Of a stretch of DNA of 64,000 nucleotides, positions 61,042 through 64,000 are shown piece after piece. The stretch spans positions 133,211 to 197,210 of the forward strand of contig NW_008246074.1 of NCBI RefSeq assembly GCF_000281045.1. The letters are read 5' to 3'. Under the pieces are notes generated by a model. It was not told the DNA's origin. It saw only the letters and a program-made list of their open reading frames with translations, and ran no database searches. The stretch is from Saprolegnia diclina VS20. Taxonomy: Eukaryota. Position numbers and translations under genes: made by a program. Position 1 is the stretch's first letter, and each line of letters begins with the position of its first letter.

Positions 61042-64000
61042 TTATTTCAAAACAAACACCAAATCCTTGGGCCCCAAAATGACATGCGGTGGCGGGTTGA
61101 GCTGAACAAAGTAGTGTTGGGGCGGTCGCAAGCGATACAGCCCAATGCACAACATCTTCTATAGGAGATGTGAGACATGTACGGTACATATATACTGAAC
61201 TATACCTCTTGGAGCAAAAATGCTTCAAAGAGCGTGTCGTACGTTTGGCCCCAATAGTGGATCGGAACTGGTACTTGGTCCAGCGGCGACGCATGGCCGT
61301 TCTCACCGCGCATACCATTATCGCCGAGCACGAGCAAGTGCGCAAGGTCGATCGTGCTGCCATGCACCGTGCAGAGCCCAAGGAGCGCATCCAGCATTTG
61401 AGAAAACAACACATTGCCTACACTCTACCATCAGACAAGAAGACACCGATATCGGCAACCGGCAGCATAGAACGGATGCGAAAAGGGCCGCAAGAAGTCT
61501 GGCTCGTCTTGGTGCACTACCGGTGGCGCGCTGTCGTCCGTTGCATCTCTGAGAAACTGCAAACTGGTGGGTCGTTGCTACGCCAACGTCGGTCAGTATG
61601 CACGATCGTCGACGCGACGACGATCAATACCACTTCCATCACAATCGAGGGTGGGAACCCGGTCGGATCGCCGTAGAGATCGCACACTTGGCGCAAGAAG
61701 CGGTGCAAAGAGAGGGCTTCCGTGTCGGCCACATACTCGGTGTTGTCGTCCTCGGTTGTATCGTCGCTTGAGGCAAGCAGCACGATGGTTTTGGCGGCAA
61801 ACACGCGAATGTGGTGCGCGACCTCGATCGTATGGGGCGAGCCTTGCACGTGGTAGATGTTGCCATACGTGGCGATGCGTGCGTGCAGCGCCTCGGACAT
61901 GGGCGTCGGACTCACAATCACAATGATCGGCGCCGCCTGACCGGGCAGGCGAAGCGGCTGGACAAAATCGAATAGCTGGCTAGGCACCCCACAGAGCACA
62001 ATGTGCCCCGAGAGGTCGGGGGGTAAATCCAAGCCCAAAAACGTCTGAAAAGCCGCAATGTGTTCGGCGTGCGAGAGGCGCTGTACCGGCAGCATCGTGC
62101 GCCGGTGCGTGCCCGACAAACGCATGACCGAGAGCACAGAGAGAGGAGGTTTGCCCACCGATAATGGCACGTCGACGGGACTCGATGCACTCACTTCTGC
62201 GCTTTTTTCGAGTACGGGAGCAACGTTTTTGCAGCTCGTGTCGAGCGCTGCGACCGAAGGGCCGACGTCGTTGGGACTAAAGCGGGTGCTGCCGGCGCGG
62301 TCGATGGGTGGCACACACGTTTCCATCGAGTGGGGCACGACTGCGTTGCGCCGGCCGAGCGAGAGTTTGGTACTCACTTGTTCGCGTGTGCTCACCGAAC
62401 TGCGCTTGGTGCTGGCTTTTGAGAGGGTTTTCTTGGGCGGAAGCGGCGCCACAAGGCTTGTGCGGTGCGTCAAGCGGCGAAATTGATTGCTAAACGCTCG
62501 AAAATTCCACGCTTGCACAATCTTGTCGAAATGCGGTAGTATTGCCTCGTACCTAGACACGCTTGTGAGGCATATCGTCATGAAAACCGAGTCGGATCGA
62601 CCGCTGGAGCGTCGTGAGCGTAATGTCTTCGACCCGGGTTTGAACCGACGACGAGGTTGCAAGCACAAAGATCGACCACGTCCAGCGCACGTGCGCGGAC
62701 GCAGGAAAGAGCCGATGTGCGTCGCCATCAAAGATGCCAATCGGTAGCATGTCAAACTCGTTGAAACAAATGTACGTCCAGGCCGTAAAGTTGATGAGGC
62801 GGTCGAGAAATTTGGGAATCCCACATTCGTAAATCCGGTGGCGTGCGCCCGACGTAAAGTCGTCAGCCCACGTCCCTTTGCTACACGACCAATTTCGTCT
62901 TTTCGGTAGGTGGTTAGGTCGTCATCGAGTGTACCTGGCCCGCGCAAGGCGCGGAGATGGAAACAAAAGGCTCGAAATAACACCTAGAATGCCGGGCACC
63001 AAACAGGCTTTGGCCAAGAGACCGAGCTTGAGTTGGTCAATGCACACGACATTGGTTGCGCCGGATAGCATGACGTGATCTAAATAGTCGGTGCCCACGA
63101 CTTGGGCAAACACAGGCACTAGACACAAGTCACACCTACCCCTCGCAAGGTCGACTACCGTCCTTGTTGCAGTGCCGCAGCGAAATCGTGAAAAAATTGG
63201 TGGCCGTATCGTCCAAAGGCGTGCGCGTCAAAATGTAGCAAGCGCTCGCGACCAAAATACTGGCCCGGTGCAAATCGGCTTGGAGCATCGGCGAGCCCGA
63301 GAGGTACACGACGCGCGGCTCGTACTTGGGATGCAAAAGGAGGCGCTGCAGCCCGCGCGACGGCGGACCCGGTGCGAGCACCACAACTGTTGTATTCCAC
63401 GTCATCGGGTTGGCGCAGAAAAACGTGTGGAGGAAGAACTCGAGCGCGCTCGGGGCGACGTCACCGACGACAAGGACGTGGGCATTTGCTTGCGGAATTG
63501 CTCGGTACGCGCGGTCGTAGGCCGAGACGCGGTTGAGCACGTCGCTGAGGCGTGAGATTTGGAGTGGGAGCCACGCCCCACTGACGCCGATCAAGAGAAC
63601 CACGAGCGCCTTCCCCGCCGTACTGTGTGGTGCAATGTCACCATACCTACGCATTCAATTGATTCGGGGATTTATTCGTTTGAGAATCAAATGTACCCGA
63701 GGGTCGAAATCGTTATGACAATGAAGTACATGGACGTGTAGATCTCGAGCACTTGGCACTGCATTTGCCGCGGCTGCTTGTTCGATCGCGTACGTTCACA
63801 CGTCCCGAACTCCGTGCACGGACACGCTTCGACCGCCTATACTCGGGCGTGAGCAGGATCGATTTATAGACCATGGAAGTACTTGAAAGAGACTGCCAAA
63901 GATGACAATAATGGAGATGACGCCGAGCGCCAAGGTGCAGATTTGCCGCCACTTGGCGCTGCGAATGAGCCCAAGCGCGCGAAACGTGCAAACACATCGC
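61042..64000 (-). CDS. Slo/BK-type potassium channel, paralog 4 (5' part outside the window)
   Basis: VIITISTLG|YGDIAPHS, HVLVVGD, YLSGSPM, KLGLLAKACLVPG, HIVLCG, HPFYAAG; ends FVQLNP..KDLVFVLK*. Confidence 0.88.

Overview
Gene-dense eukaryotic DNA with many short (~45-60 nt) GT..AG introns, high GC at third codon positions and GCTCATTYYNCAWTTT-like core promoters. It most resembles a saprolegnian oomycete; this is inferred from sequence style and gene content, not from a database match. In order, the window holds: valyl-tRNA synthetase, a SHAQKYF MYB factor, MMAA/MeaB GTPase, DGAT2, a secreted Cys-rich/mucin-like protein, a WCPPC nucleoredoxin, a hypothetical protein, a Wee1/Myt1 kinase, a small orphan ORF, a PfCRT-like transporter, PP2C, a Slo/BK-type K+ channel, a Mut-7/EXD3-like exonuclease and a coiled-coil protein. 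These are followed by a tandem array of four intact cytochrome P450 genes plus a frameshifted remnant and an internally deleted PIF/Harbinger-type DNA transposon, then a TRAF-zinc-finger/SAM protein, an SPFH protein, a ZZ-finger protein and three more Slo/BK paralogs (one with two assembly gaps, one cut by the window end). Two observations stand out. First, the Mut-7-like gene carries an in-frame YbaK/ProX-like tRNA-editing domain between its DEDDy exonuclease and Mut7-C domains. Second, one Slo paralog has a non-canonical TLGSGD selectivity filter, within a channel family that also diverges in S4 and the Ca-bowl. Exon boundaries were read by eye, so gene ends are best estimates. No tRNA, rRNA or CRISPR features were recognised.
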